Assembly: GCA_013265495.1 (NCBI GenBank)
Contig: MU058449.1
Span: forward strand, 62,001 to 126,000
Direction of reading: 5' to 3'
DNA from: Vicugna vicugna
Lineage: Eukaryota
Length of the DNA stretch: 64,000 nucleotides
Under the pieces are notes generated by a model. That model was not told the origin of the DNA. It did not search any database and saw nothing but the letters and a program-made list of their open reading frames with translations. Shown here piece by piece: positions 49,536 to 64,000 of this stretch; the first letter of the stretch is position 1, and each line of letters starts with the position of its first letter. The translations under genes were made by a program, and so were the position numbers.

Positions 49536-51649
49536 GCTAGTAACCGATTGATGGTTCCAGCAGGAATCATCTGGGCCTCTGATTTGCATTAACCATTACT
49601 TGAGTCCTAACAAAGCTTGACTGGAACTGAAACTTTTCTTCAAGAACGGGAAATTTGTTATTCTGGTAACATATATTTATTTTCCCTTAAAACTGGTAAA
49701 AGGCAGGATGGTTTCTATAAGAGTTGAGGAGAAAATCACAAATACTATCCCTAGATCTAGAGTGATGGGATACGCTTGGCTGAAACACTGTACTATAATT
49801 ACGTTCACTGCATTTCTAAGAAAAGAGAAAAATTCTGGCAAGATAAACAATAAAGGAATGGCGAGAACTGTAGATTTTTGGGTTCATGTGGGTTCTAGGA
49901 GAAGCTGCCTGGCTTTTACCATATTGACTTTAATCCATCTAACTTTCCAATCTCAAGCTAGCTCTGAGATAAATCAGCAGAAAATATAATTAACATTCAA
50001 AAGACCAGCCAAGAAGATGCTTAAGTTTCCTCCAGGAAACAACCTGGAAAAATTGACTTTCAAGTAGATGTGGAGGGATACATGACCTCCCATAGGTGAT
50101 ACCAGAGTCTGCTGGGGCCAAAAAGACAAGCTTTCTGACTTCTCACACATAAAGCCACCACCTGAGGCTCTATTAGCATCACACCTTATTTGGAGAAAAT
50201 GCTCTAAGACCTTGGGGAGGTCAATTAAGTATTCCATCTCTTTCACAGGAGTGGCTAAGATAGAGAAGATGTTTCTTAAGATCCCAATTGGCTAGAAAAG
50301 GAAGAACTCTAGGGAGATGCTTTCTTTATTAATAACCTCACTGACTGGGTCTCTTAGCAGTCTTTGAGAAGCAGTCAAAACCTTACTCCTCATTCTTAAC
50401 AACAAGCTATGGTGCATGTGAGTGGGGAAACACCCAGGAGATGCAAAACGAGGCTATCAGGAGACTCCTCTCTAAGCTGTCTGGAGAGATGACAAGGGGC
50501 AGAAGGGAAGGGTCTCTATAGCTCACAATTCTCAATGAAGGCACAGATCTCAGACTGAAGTTGGTAGCACTTGGGAAGAATTTTGGGCATGAGTATCTAG
50601 TGCCCTGCCTTGTGGTATAAATATGGTTGACCTTCCTATATGTCCCCCATCCTTTCTAGGAGGCAAATACACAGGTACCTCTTATTCTAACAGACTTTTA
50701 AAATGATACAGAGAAGGATTGTGGCTGTGAATGGCATTAGGTTACCTAAATTTTGGCATACTCAACTAGAGAGTCTTCCTGTTCTATCCTCAACCTTAGG
50801 AACCTCATTCCTTCCCTATAGTCTTTCCTCAGCTTTTGTCTCTTCCCTCAGTTTCTTCTTTTCAGAAACCTAGAGAAGCTCCCATTAAAGGCATGAGAAT
50901 TTCCTACAGCATGAAGTACGATATAGATCTGCATGCATTTCTTTGGAATAGAGAAGAGGAAACTGAGTTGAAGGTTATGGGCAAAATAGAATCGATCCCT
51001 CCACTAGTTCACTACTTGTGCTACATGTTCTTTTACAAGAGGGGATTGTTACCAAATTGCAGTAAGAGATTCTTCTAAAGAATATCATTGCTGAAGGGCC
51101 AGAGAAATAAAGGGAATGAAGCTGTACTAAGAACACACAAGAGCAGCGATGTGGGATTATCTTTGCATCTAACGACTGAAGAATAAACACCTTTTATTAT
51201 AGTCTCAATAAGCACTAAATTTTGGGTTGTCTCTCACTCCTGGGAACAGAGTAGGGAAAACGACAAGTGATTTTATCCATTTTCCATCCCTTAGGGTCAA
51301 GCCAAAAGGGTTGAATCATTGTCTTATGCCCCATCTTCTGGCACCTCTTCACTGCTGGAAACCAGCTAGATCTCACTGGTACAGGTACAAGGTAAGATGG
51401 TTTTCTTTGAGAGCATCTCAAGAGTGGTGGCTTACACTGACCAAATAACTTCAAAAAAGCATGTCTGAATGAGAATATATATTTTTTTTAATTTGAGAGG
51501 AAAAACCAAAACAGCTTGAAGAAACTGTTTCAGTATGTGACAGGCCAAAAAGCAGGACATGCATTTGCTCTAATTCAGTCATTTACTGATGACTCTTGAT
51601 TTTTTTCACAAGTAAATATATACCTCCCTCAGACTACCCCCTTTTGAGT

Positions 51650-52475
51650 AAAAGACTTTTCCATTCTCCCATTTATTCAAACTAGAAATCTAGACTCAGT
51701 CTCATTTTATTTTTTCCTCATTCCCATTTTTAACATATCAGCAAGTAGTGACACTACCTCAAAAATGCATCCTTATCTGTGGTTAAGTTTTTTTTTTTTT
51801 TTTCATTTCCACTGCTGCTGTTCTCATTAGTCACCATCACTCCTCATCTGGATTATTTCAATAGATTTCTAACTCCTTTCTTTTCTTTTATCTTTCTTGA
51901 TTATCCATTCTTTACATCATAGTCCAAGTGATAATTTAAAATGTAAATCAGAATATGTCACCATCCCCTCCTCCACTGACTTTTTAGAACTCTTCAATGT
52001 TTTTTCATCACATTTGTAGTAAAAACAAAATTCCTATTGTCCTTAAGATCATTTGATAACTGACTGGCTGCCTGGGTTTCTGATGTTACCTGTTATCCCT
52101 CTTCTATTTGCTCACCAAGCTCCAGGCATACTAATTTTCCCCTCTCAGTAGGACAGTCTTCCTCTAGATCATCATATGGCCAGCTCTTCCTTGTTATTCA
52201 GGTATCAGCTCAGAGTAACCTCCTCAGAGATGCACACTCAGGTCACCCAAGATACTACACTAACCTAGATGCAGTTCTGTCCCCATCAATGTATTAAATA
52301 GTGCTGCTTTATTTTAAAATTGCACTTCTATGGATCTAAATTTTTCTTACTTATATTTAACCTAATTTATTATTTATGAGACCAGAGACTTTGTCTTATT
52401 ATCATTTATTTCCAGTGCTTAAAATATCATGCCTATCACATATTGGGTGTTCAAAAAGTATTGGGTGAATTAATG
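51650..52475 (+). mobile_element. L2 3' fragment
   Basis: 'aaatgtaaatcagaatatgtcac', 'tcaggtatcagctcagagtaacctcctcagag', 'ttcaaaaagtattgggtgaattaatg'. Confidence 0.7.
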
Positions 52476-53361
52476 TATATATGTATAATGTATATAAGTA
52501 TACATACACACACATGCATGTATGTACATATGTACATGGGTGTATGTGTATATATACACATATGTATGTATGATTGATGCATATATGATATATGTATCAC
52601 AGATTAGGTACTTTGCTAGGTGTTAAGCAAGGGAAATAAAACAAGAAACCCATAGTCTAGTGGATGTAAAAACCTCTAACATTAACTGACACCTCTCTGT
52701 TTAAGCAGCAATAAAGCCCTTGTTTAATATTGGGTAAGACAAATTCAAAAGCCTACAGCTGGATGTAAAGAGAAGAAGATCAAGAAGATGTTTTTTAAAA
52801 TACAAATGGAGAATTTGAAAGGAGAGAAATCAGGTTCTGGGGAGTTATTTTAGTGGGCCAACAGAATAATAATGGGGAAAGAGAAAGAAGCTATGTGGAA
52901 ATAAGAGAAGATGAAATTTTCAATGAAAGGAGAAATTCTATCATGAGCCATGTCCTTGGCCGGCCTAACCATTTATTCCAGCCCGAGGGTCTATGATCAT
53001 CTGAATTCCAGTTCGTTTAGGGCCATGGTAGTGAGCAGTGAGCATTTCTGTAGTGTCCAGGCGAGACTAGTAAACCCTTAAGGTAAACCCTTTTAGTTTT
53101 CCAACACTAATCCACGAAATGGGAGGAAAATGTCTCTTCTTATCTGTTTGCCTTTCAGCAACAATGGTCATGGCTCAGGTCCTCTTCTAACACTTTTTTC
53201 TCTTAGACTCTGAGACTTTTGTTGAGGATAACATGAGTTAGGAATCACTACGTGAAGGTAATTAAAACTTCAGGTAGTAGATTGGAATGAGGTTAAGTTG
53301 GGGTCCTTGAAATCCTTCAAGGATAGATTCTTCTGTAAAGTCAGCATTGTTGATGGAAAGG

Positions 53362-53490
53362 GTTTCTCAGTTGGAGTATGCATCAAAAACTTCCTGGGGA
53401 GCTTGGTAACATGCAGGTGACTGGATGAATCTCCAAGGATTTGGTCCAGTAGGTAGGGGATGGTCCCTGGAATATGCAGTTAAGAACACC
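53362..53490. mobile_element. MER5A-like (hAT-Charlie) fragment
   Basis: 'gtttctca...tgcatcaaaaacttcctggggagcttggtaacatgcag...cagtaggtaggggatggtccctggaatatgca'. Confidence 0.6.
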
Positions 53491-53667
53491 AAAAATACAG
53501 GTTATCTTAAGAATATGTTTTCATAAACAAAGGCTTATATTGATGTCATTCTTGCTTTTGGGAAAGAATACTGAGACGGTATCTTTGGAACCATACCTTG
53601 AAAGTAGAACTGCAACCCTGGGTCTTAACTGAGAAAAAAAAGAACATTTCTTCTGGATAAATCTCAC

Positions 53668-54594
53668 ATGTGGCCCAACAGCAGCTTCAATGCCTTCCTC
53701 CTGACTGGCTTTCCGGACTTGGAGGCAGCTCACCACTGGATTTCCACACCCTTCTTCTTTGTCTACCTCTCTGTTCTTTTCGGCAATGGCACCCTTCTCT
53801 TTCTCATTAAGGAATATCACACTCTTCATGAGCCTATGTACTACTTTTTGGCCATGCTGGCAGCCACAGACCTTGGGCTGACCTTGAGTACGATGCCCAC
53901 GGTGCTGGGAGTCCTCTGGTTGGATCACAGGGAGATTGGAAACGTAGCCTGCTTTTCTCAAGCCTACCTTATACACTCACTTTCCTTTGTAGAATCTGGC
54001 GTTTTGCTTGCTATGTCCTATGATCGTTTCATTGCCATTCGAAATCCCCTTAGATATACGTCTATACTCACTAATAACCGAGTGGTGAAGATTGGGCTGG
54101 GAGTTCTGATGAGGGGGTTTGTATCTGTGGTCCCCCCAATCTTACCCCTTTATTTTTTCCCCTATTGCCATTCCTCTGTCCTTTCTCATGCATTCTGCCT
54201 TCACCAGGATGTCATCAAACTGGCCTGTGCTGACACTACCTTCAATCGACTGTATCCAGTTGTGCTTGTAGTTCTTATCTTTGTGCTGGATTCTCTGATT
54301 ATTCTCATCTCCTATGTGTTGATACTCAAGAGTGTTCTGAGCATTGCCTCCAAAGAAGAGAGGGTCAAGGCCCTCAACACCTGTGTATCCCATATCTGCT
54401 GTGTCCTGGTTTTCTATGTCACAGTGATTGGGTTGTCTCTGATTCATCGGTTTGGGAAGCAGGTTCCACATATTGTCCACCTCGTTATGAGTTATGTCTA
54501 TTTTCTGTTCCCTCCATTAATGAACCCTATAATCTACAGTGCCAAGACCAAGCAGATCCAGAGTGGCATTCTTCGCCTTTTTACCACCCATTGA
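53668..54594 (+). CDS. OR51B5: Olfactory receptor 51B5, 308 aa, intact
   Basis: NSS sequon, [62 protein letters not shown] and LFTTH as in recalled human OR51B5. Confidence 0.93.
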   Translation: MWPNSSFNAFLLTGFPDLEAAHHWISTPFFFVYLSVLFGNGTLLFLIKEYHTLHEPMYYFLAMLAATDLGLTLSTMPTVLGVLWLDHREIGNVACFSQAYLIHSLSFVESGVLLAMSYDRFIAIRNPLRYTSILTNNRVVKIGLGVLMRGFVSVVPPILPLYFFPYCHSSVLSHAFCLHQDVIKLACADTTFNRLYPVVLVVLIFVLDSLIILISYVLILKSVLSIASKEERVKALNTCVSHICCVLVFYVTVIGLSLIHRFGKQVPHIVHLVMSYVYFLFPPLMNPIIYSAKTKQIQSGILRLFTTH

Positions 54595-55751
54595 GCTGGA
54601 GCCTGATCTCTGACCATCATAGTTTCTCACAGGGAATGTAAGAGCTCTGGTTTTTTTGGCAGGGGGTCAAAGGAGGCTCAAATCAAATACCCATGATCAG
54701 ATCTCTTGGTAAAATAATTGTCAAAGTAAAGCTACAAATGGCCCAAGGGATCTCCTTAAGCCCAGGTCTATGGCCTAGTCTAGTTTGTGCAATTAAAAGA
54801 AAAAAATCTATAAACCAAATATCACTAAAATTCTTGTGATAACAATGCCTTAGATGTTTATAGATGTGTCTATAATGTAACTAAAATATATTGATTTGGG
54901 GTTTGAAAGGTGGCAGATAGGAACAGAGTTATAACGATGTAAGTTGATTTGGGTGAATCAAAGTAAAGTTTGGTCTATCTATAGCCAATCCAATCTCTAA
55001 CCGTCATGAACTCCCCAACAGAAATCCAAACAAACCATGGACATCTATATGTTTGGTCACTGAAGCAGGAATTTCCCTGAAAAGAAGTATGAATTCTTCC
55101 TTGAACACTGTTGTAATCACTTATCATTCCAATTATGTCACTGGTTCCTTCCTCCTCCCTTAAGTGATCATGACTTTATTTCAAGAACCATGAGTTTATA
55201 TTTATTTTCCAAGGCACTATCTACTTATAAAAAATATTGTTTCCAAGTCAGTATCTGCTTAAGAAAAAAATTTCTCACTGGTTAGAGGACCCATGGATAA
55301 ATGAGAAGAAATAGACACAGCATCTCCTTCCACCTTTATCCTGCCACCCCAGTCTTTAGCTCTGATGATGGCGCCATCTCCAGGGCATGTACCAGTGGCT
55401 CACGAGTCTGTCTGAGTGGAAGAGGTAGTTCCTTCTCCCTCCTTTTGCTATGAACAAAGCCTGAGGGACTGCAGCAATAGGTTTCCACATTTTTTTTGGA
55501 AAATAGTTGTTCTCTATACATGTACATATCCTGACTCCATTTTATAAGTGTGAGTTTTTCAAGGAATAGGATATTATTCTTATTTGATTGAAAATTTCTG
55601 ATGAGTTAGAAAGGGACTTGTGACTTGTTAAAATATCTTCAATGGGTAGAGGCTATTCTTTATTGCATTTCAGTAAAAACAAAAAAGCTAGAAAAGCTAG
55701 ATGAGTCAGGAGACAGATTATAGAAGATGTCATTGGTGTCACTGGTGCTCT

Positions 55752-56073
55752 GTGTAGATCACTTTACAGGACTGTGCACCCACCCCTTGCTCCTGTGAGT
55801 GCTGGCTGCTCTCTGCAGGTGATTATTTTCAACTCAGTTGGAAACGTCTTGCCAAGGTTACAGCTCCTGGTCCCCAGGAAGCAAGTCGTAGACGTATACT
55901 GACCCTCTTGCCTTCTGAAGTGAAACTCCAGCAAGGATTATGTCTTTGCTGATCACCTTCCCTTGTCTGCCCTGTTTTTTCTCACTCCCTGTCTCCTAAA
56001 AGCATTCATTAATAAACCACATACATCTGAATTCCTGTCTCAGGCTTTGTTTATAGGCAGTCCAACATAAAAC
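55752..56073 (+). mobile_element. ERVL LTR (LTR16-like)
   Basis: 3' end 'aataaaccacatacatctgaattcctgtctcaggctttgtttataggcagtccaacataaaaca'; a related fragment lies near 59025-59185. Confidence 0.6.
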
Positions 56074-59000
56074 ACCTACAACTCTCATTTCTTTCCTATT
56101 TTATCAAGAAATTTATTTGTGAAAGGACTGAGCTTATAAAAAGGGAGTAACTGTATGTTTTACTCGTTTTTTTTTTCTCTTTTTATCCTCTGTAACATCT
56201 AAGTAACAGAGTATGAATACTAAATTGGGAGTGTAGTGTCAGTGTGATGGCAACTCATGTCCTGTTATCAATTTCCATGAAACCAAACATGTCCCTCAAT
56301 GCCTCCTATTCTATTCACCCACCCACAGCTTATTTTATTCATAATAATATCATGAAATAGATATTATCAACATTAATCTATAGATGAGGGATCTGAAGAT
56401 AAGAAAAATTAACTACCACATTCAAAGACATAAATTTATCAGCAGTATAGTTGTGATTCCAATCCACATCTTCTAATTCTAAGGCCAGTGTAAACAGTAC
56501 TCCACTGAAATAGTCTGTCTTCAGTGTACTCTCTTTTCCCTCCTGAACGCCACTGTGCTTATGGAAGCAGTGCCTACTCCCTTCTGAGCATTTCTCCTCC
56601 TTCTCCTCCAAAAATGTGGTTCCTTGTAGGAGCTGATATTTTCTATTATATCTCCAAACCCCTATTCCCTGCCAAGTAAAGCCAGTCAAAAATCTTTTTC
56701 AGAATTTTTCAAAATAAAATCATGAAAAAGAGTTATGCTTTCATGATTATAGAAGTAGTAAGATGAAATGTCTAGAATTGTTAATGGTCATGTTTTCCAT
56801 CAGGTGAGTGATCTCGGACTATAATACACATTTAGAGTAAATTACAAATAAGGAAATGAAAAATCCCTAGGAACCCTAAAGCCCCTGGCTCCATATTTTC
56901 CTGAGGCTCAGTTCAAGCAGCTCAATCTCCCCTTTAATTCCACGGCCTGATAAAGACCTCCCTTGTCATTTTATTTTATTTTGTTCAAACTGGCTCCAGC
57001 TGGGTTTCAGTCACTTATGACCAAAATAGTACTAATAATATAATAATTACACCATCTCAGTTACAGTATGTGAATCTGCTCCAAAGAATATTTAGAAACT
57101 TTAAATAGTTTTAGAAAACTGTCTATTTTCCCAAAGTACAAGAAATGAAAGCTAAAAAATGTCAGGAAAACAAGTCTGGCTACCATCTGATCAATGATTT
57201 ATGATGTGATTGTCCTTGTATAGGAAATCCATTTCTTACTTGAAAGCAATTGAAGAAATACATTCACTAAGAGGCTATGGGGTTAAAAAAAAAAGGGAAC
57301 TGGACAAGCAGGGGAGAGATTAGATCAAAGGAGGACCTCTGTTTATCTACACAGAATTGTAAATGGCTGAGATCCTTCTACATATTTATTTCTCTTCAAG
57401 ATCCATTTTGTCAATCAACATAAGCCCAACATTTCCTTGGGTGTCATTATCATTACAATGTTTAGAGTTTTCTATAGATCTCATACAGGTCTTCCTGTAC
57501 ATGTTAGGCACCGTTAGCAACTTATTTGTAACTGTATCTCCCAAGAAACACTGCTATATGTTTTGTATTTACAAGCAGGGTAGACTTCAGAGTGGTTCAC
57601 TGGACCACCATACTACACACCAGTGAACCTCCTTCATACAGAGCAAGTCTGTAATTTAGCTTATGATAATTGAAACTTTAAAAAATATATGGGGAATAAA
57701 TTCATGATGAATGAATTCACAACTGCCTGTTGAGATGAATAAAGAACATGTAGACACAGGAGATGTAAGGTATATAAGAGTATATACTGGGGAAAAAAAT
57801 GCCTTTTCAAGTATCAGCCTCTGTCTTGCAAAGAGTATTACAGTTATACAAGCATGGGTTTGAAGGGATAATTTGCCATAAGAATAGTGAATTTGAGTTA
57901 GGAAATGTCAGGCTAAGTGTGCATTTTGGTAGATGAAAGAAACCACTCTTTAAAATGATCAGAAAGTGAGAAATACTAGAGATACACTGAAAAAGCATAG
58001 TGTGACATAAAATCAGCAGATTATTCTTTTTCCAAATACAAAACAAACTCATGCTACATGAGAGGCAGATGAATTTCATTCAGTTAATGAACATGTAATC
58101 GTGGGTTTCTTCTCAGGAGATGCAGATTTTTATAGAGCAAATTTAAGGTGATATATTTAAAGACACTTATTAGATATTATGAGCATTAAATTAGATAGTC
58201 GGAGTGAAACGTTAAAAGGATCCAGGGGTCTCTATATCCAATAAAAGAATGTCAGCTAATTCTATTTTATAGGCTAAATCCTCAGACAGCATCACTGTGA
58301 TGAATAAGCTCCTGTTAGACAAAATCCACTTAGGAAATTCAGGAGTTTATGTCCTTAGATTTCTAGTGCTTATCACCCAGCTGGCAGGTGGCATGGCAGT
58401 GAATAGTAAAGAGGCACCATAAAAATGCATAAGATGAGATGGACTCTTCAGAGGAAAAATGTAAAAGCTGGGAAATGCAGACTAGTGTGGAATGCTCTAG
58501 GCTGACAGATAATAGAATCAAACTCCATAAAAAAAGGGAGCCTTCTAAATGTTAACACAGTCTTGCTCAACAAATAGCTAAATTCCCCAGGATAAAGACT
58601 TCCCTGAATCTTTAGTGACAGTATCTAGAATGCCTGAATTTGCCTTGACATATATCTTATGTAATATGGGTCAGGAATTGGACCTAATCTGTGTGGCACC
58701 AGAACTCAGACTTAGAGCCAAGGAATGGCAAATCCAGGTGAAAATATAGTAAGGTATCTGTAATACTGTGGCTGCCTGAATATCTTCAAAATATACATTC
58801 TTCATGAAGACTGAGCTCTGTGACCCAGAAGAAGACAGGCACCGACTGGATAACTTTTGTCAGAAAGGAAGGCTCTCATTACATGAAATAGGAAGTTCTT
58901 CCAAGTCTGAGAGATTATGCTGCTCTGATTCTCCATTTCATAGGAAGTATAGAAGGAATCGTAAAAGGAATGAATACAGTTTCATGAAACACTGAGCCAT

Positions 59001-61827
59001 AAACGGGTACTTTAGGGAATGGCAGACACTGTTGCTGCCCTGCCCACTTCCTGCCAGTGCCCCCAGACCTGGCTGCTTCGAGTGATGGTTACTAAGGGCT
59101 AATAGCCTCTCTCATTCTCCAGAGATCGTCCCGGGCTTCACCTGGGAAGTTATCCTAACCCTGGGGCATCTTGCAGCACATGACTTTATATCTGTTCTAG
59201 AGAAAGTGATGATGACAGGAATGGTGTTATACTATTTCTCTCTCGCAAATCAAGTCACCCCTAAATTGTGCTTAGTGCAAAGAGGTTTCAGACACAAGGA
59301 CATTCAGACTCAGGTCATTCACAGAGACTGACTCCTAACCATGACCCCCAAATCCTACTGAATTTCAGAAAGACTGATGAGCAGAGGAGAGCTCAGGAAG
59401 AACTTAACTGAATTTGAAACGTCAGAAGCCGAAATGTGACCTGCATGTTGGACGGCACTGTGCTCATTTTCATTTCAAAGTCTCAGGATTAGGCCAGGCT
59501 CCAGGATAGATTTAGGAGACAAGGCTAAGATGAAACAATAAAGTCCTTCAGATCCTTATCTCTGCCAGACCTCGAGTACAGTCCTTTCTACTCAAGAGCA
59601 AATTATCAGAGAAAGTCAAGGATGGAAAGGGTACCTTTATCATGTCCACTACTTCATCTTACTATTTGATACTTAAAGTAAAAGAAGATTTTTCACTTGA
59701 ATTGTTCTTGAGGCAAGAATGATAACCTCTGGGTATGACCAAGAGACAAATGGCTCACTGCATCAAAAAATTTATCAGCAATTGCACTCATTTGTGAGAA
59801 ATTACTACTTCAAGAACATATATGTCAAGTACTGTAATGAGTGACCTCATTTGAAAACAAAGAAAGGTAAGCATCAGGGAATTTTCAAGCTTCATCTAAG
59901 TTTAGTGATCTCACTTGATCCAGGATTTAGGAATGACAAAGTCAAATGTTGTTTTGATGGTATTTTCTCTGTTGAGGTGGAGATCGGAAAGGACAAAGGT
60001 GATTTGACAGCATGACTTCCATCTGCTAGCTGAAGCTATAATTCTGCTTTCTGTCTGCAATGAAAATGTGGAGTTATAGGACAGAGTTCCGGAGGCTAAC
60101 CTCCTTCTCCAGAGGAGGCTAGGAAGAGATACCTCAGAAGCCTAATTGTCAGTAGCCAGAGGGACCATGGGCAACCATTTTTTCTATACAAATAATTTCA
60201 CCAGTGAATCCTGTTAGCAGTCTTCAAAGATAATATTTGCACCAGACTCTACATCAAAATTCATGAATTATCTTTCCCTTTAATTCCTGATGCCCCAGGT
60301 AAGGCTCTAGTGACCCTGGGAGAATGGAATGGAGATAACAGAGAGGAAAATAAAGCTGATTGCTTTTCGTGGACTGCTCTTCCTTCAAGTACATATGTTG
60401 CAGGAAGGTAAATAGAACACTGAGTGTAGCTGTTTGCTTTTATGGACTCTATCCAGGGTAACAGATTTAAAGTTCAACTCCCTAGACAGTACTAGCTTTC
60501 AGAGATAAGAGGTGATTTTTCTTTTTTTAAATTTTTTGTCATGGTGCTTATATGAATAATCAAGAGATCCAAGTTCCTACGTAGACCTTCTTGTTATCCC
60601 AGGACTATTAAGACATTTTTAACGATGCTGTATTATTTTGAAGAGGCAGGAAGGGGAAGAGAGACTGACGTTGAGTTGAATGTACAGGGCAGGGTCATCA
60701 GGACACATGGAAGTCTCTATATTACATCATCTTCTCCTCTTGGTGTGTTCTCCATGTTGAGTTTTCTTTCTGTCACATCTCCCTATGTTACCTTTCTGCT
60801 CTTTCTTCTCCTGTGTGCCTTTTGCCTTCAGTGATATGACTGACTCTCAGTTATGACAGAACCTTTGTGTGTGTTCTGAACTCAATGCCTGTCCTTAAGA
60901 GCTGCTATTCCATTAAGGCTTGGAAATGATCATTAGATAAGGGCTCCACTGGGAAAGAGAGTTGGATCTGATAAGTCATGTCCACTTTTGGGGAAAAATT
61001 GGAGTCTGGAGGGTCTGATGATGACTAAATATGCAGTTTGTTGGTGAGTTCTTGGTGAATCTTAATTGGACATTTGTTTGGGAAAAAGCAGTGTGTGGGT
61101 CAGTCAACTAATACATTAGCCAATTACGGTACCACTATCATTTGGAAGTCAATGTCATTACATAAATCAGTTTAATCATCAGTATACTATCTATTAGTGC
61201 ATCAGTGTTTTAATAATAAGGTAATTAAAATTTCATAAATGATCTGACAGTATGTCAAAATCTGTCATTAGTTCCAGGAGGATTGATGTGTTGATAGAGC
61301 AGTTCAGGAAGATAAGCGATGTTAGCACTGAATTGGGAGTACATCATGCTTTAATTAGAATGAGTTAATTAGAGCCACTAGATCTGAGAGACTGGTAATA
61401 ATGTGAAAGGCAACAGACAACATTTTGTGTTAAGTTTAGTTCTGAAGATTGGTAAATGTAGAAAAGATATCTGGGACTTAGCTAGAGGGAGAGGGCAAAG
61501 TGAGGGATATGATTGTAATAAACCCAAGAAAAGTGTAATGGGTATAAGAAGAAAGAAACAGGAAAATGATAGGATGGAGATGACATCCAGCTGAATCTTA
61601 GGTGCATAAGCAAGAGAGGCAGAAGCCACCAGAGGCACCCAGCCAAGGCCACCCAAAATTACGTGAAGCATGCACATGAGTTAAAAACAAATGTGCAATG
61701 TTGTAAGCCATTGAAGCCATATAGGCTTTTGTCATGTGGTAATTTTGTGCTAATGTCATACTGGCATACATAAACTCTCTAAATATTACTTTATCAATAA
61801 TAAGATCTAGATAATAGCAATCCCTAC

Positions 61828-62615
61828 TGTATTTGTTTTCTGTTGCTGTTTAATGAATTATGACAAACTGTGCTGTTTAAAACAAAACTCATTTATATCA
61901 CAGTTTTGTAGGTCAGAATTCTAGTAGGTTTGATCACGTTCTCTATTTAGGATATCCTAAGGCCAAAATCAAGGTGAGGGCTGGGCTAGGCTCTTATATG
62001 TAGAGTCTGGAGAAGAATCCACTTTCAAACTCATTCATAATGTTGGCAAAATTCAGTTCCTTGTAGCAGTAAGTATGAGGTCCCTGCTTTTTGCAGACTG
62101 TCAGCTGTCACCCTCTCTGCAACTAGAAGCCGCCTAAATTCCTTCTTAGGTGGCCTCTCACATCCTCAAACCAGTAACTATCTGCCAAATTCTCAAATTT
62201 GAATCACTTTGGGTCTTTGTTCCATCACTAGTCTGTATAAACACTACGCTTTTAAAGGCTCACATGATTAGACTGTCTGCTCATAATCTCCCTTTGATAA
62301 ACTCAAAGTCAACTAATCAGTAATCTTTTTCTTTTGAGTAGTATTTAATATTTGAAAAAATTATTTCTATTTTATTTAATTTATTTTTAATAATTTTTAG
62401 GACCAAAGAGATTTTTTTTTGTTTTTAAAAAATATATATTTTTTGGTGTGGGGATGTGATCAGATTTGTTTATTTGTTTGTTTGTTTACTTACTTGCTTA
62501 TTTATTTAAATAGATGTGCTGGGGATTGAACCTGGGACCTCGTGTATGTGCATGCTAGGCATGCTCTCTACCACTGAGTTATATCCTCCCTTGGATCAGT
62601 AAACTTAATTTTCAT
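61828..62615 (-). mobile_element. MLT1E/F-like MaLR LTR interrupted by a SINE
   Basis: 'tgtatttgttttctgttgctg...aaggccaaaatcaaggtg...ggagaagaatccactttcaaactcattca...tcaaagtcaactaat'. Confidence 0.75.
62328..62591 (-). mobile_element. tRNA-derived SINE (camelid type)
   Basis: Minus strand GGGAGGATATAACTCAGTGGTAGAG...GGTTCAATCCCCAGCAC, long A-rich tail; TSD atcagtaatctt (62316-62327) / atcagtaaactt (62595-62606). Confidence 0.88.
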
Positions 62616-62619
62616 CTAT

Positions 62620-63040
62620 ATAATACATTTAAGTTTCCTCCATGATTTTTCATGGCTTGACAGCTCTTTTTTTTTTTAAGTGCCCAATACTATTCCATTG
62701 TCTGGATATACCTATACCACGTGTATTTATCTATCCACCTATTGAAGGGCATCTTGTTTACTTCTGAGTTTTGATAATTATGAATAAAGCTTCTGTAAAC
62801 ATCTGATTGCAGGTCCTTGTGTAGACAAAAGTTTTCAACTCCTTTGGATAAACACGAAGGAGCACTACTGTTGGACTGTATGGTAGAAGTATGTTTAGTT
62901 TTGTAAGAAATCTCCAAACTCTTTCAAAGTGGCTGTACTCTTTTGTGTTTCCACCAGCAGTGTGAGAGAATTCCTGTTGCTCTGTATTCTCACCAGCTTT
63001 TGGTGTTATCAGTGTTCAAGATTTTGGCCATTCTAATGTG
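62620..63040 (-). mobile_element. Old L1 ORF2-end fragment
   Basis: 'tattccattgtctggatata', 'ttgaagggcatcttg', 'caaagtggctgtac...ccaccagcagtgtgagag'. Confidence 0.8.
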
Positions 63041-64000
63041 TGTGAATATCTGCCTTTTTACTAATATATTCCCTGGATTTAGCACACAACTATGAGATTT
63101 AAAGGAGTAAGAAATATCAAATCATTGTATAACAGAGACAAGTATGATCGCCATGAATTAAAATTTAGAAATTGAAAAAATGAATCACTTCCAAGTTTCT
63201 ATCTCTTGTCTTCTGGAGCCAAATGCAATGCTTTCTAGAAGCAAAAAGCTATAAACTCTGTAAGTTTAGTACTAGAACAACCCCATGAGGTAGCAGGTAC
63301 CTGGACAGACTTCAGGCATCCCTCTTTGGAGCTCCTTGAGTGGGTTGGTCCTGTGGGATTCTATAATATGCTTATCCATACAAAGAATTACAATGTGAGC
63401 TTCAATTCAAGTAAAGATGGCATATGTTTGTTACTCACAAGATCATGAGGTTTGCATCCTTAATGTTCAGTCTAGGACTTCATTTATGTAGGGAACATCA
63501 ACTTCTACTTATTGAATCAATGAGCACATAATATAAATGGTGGATCCAAAATGAAAGTGCCGAACTCTTTCCTACAATATAAAATATGCTCACAATAGAG
63601 AGAAGAAGAAACTAGGAGACAAAACTAGAAATCAACAAAATGTCTTGGATTTCAGGTGAGATCAGGTCAGACATTCAGATAAGCTCTAACAGAGGAGTCT
63701 GACCAGGATAATGAGCTATTAGAAAATATTAGAAGCAGAGGACTAGGGTGAGAAATTTATGAAGGAAGGCTACAAGTTAAGCAAAATTCTGTACAGGTGC
63801 TGTGATTTATTATTTTTCAAATGAGATGGCAAAAATAATTTTATGGTCTAAGAAGTGTACTATATAGCCTGTGGTTAGCTTGAGTTAGGAATTTCTGTAA
63901 GTATAAACTACATTCTGAATTTTGAAAAATTAGTATGGTAAAATGTAAAATATCTTGGGTATGATTTTTGTACTGATTACATTTTGAAATGATAATATTT

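Overview
Mammalian genomic DNA, most likely camelid (three copies of a tRNA-Ala-like SINE of the camelid vic-1 type). The window is part of the class I olfactory receptor (OR51) cluster that lies 5' of the beta-globin locus. It holds three intact single-coding-exon OR genes (OR51M1 -, OR51B6 -, OR51B5 +), two OR51 pseudogenes and a young RPL17 processed copy that spans a 100-N gap. The rest is dense interspersed repeats: L1, L2, MIR, Tigger1, MER5, MaLR/ERVL LTRs, ERV1 remnants and an ERV2-type solo LTR. I see no convincing wholly new biological system. The best leads are: (i) an RPL17 retrocopy with an unusual CpG-rich, non-TOP leader, a uORF and a splice donor just upstream of OR51B6; (ii) a strong CTCF motif and a GATA/TAL1/KLF cluster at the positions expected for the distal beta-globin hypersensitive sites, now separated by ERV insertions; (iii) two ERV 3' halves fused back-to-back; (iv) an L1 whose 5'UTR is joined directly to the end of ORF2. 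Repeat family names and OR orthology come from recognition and recalled sequences, not from searches. Boundaries of old repeats are approximate.
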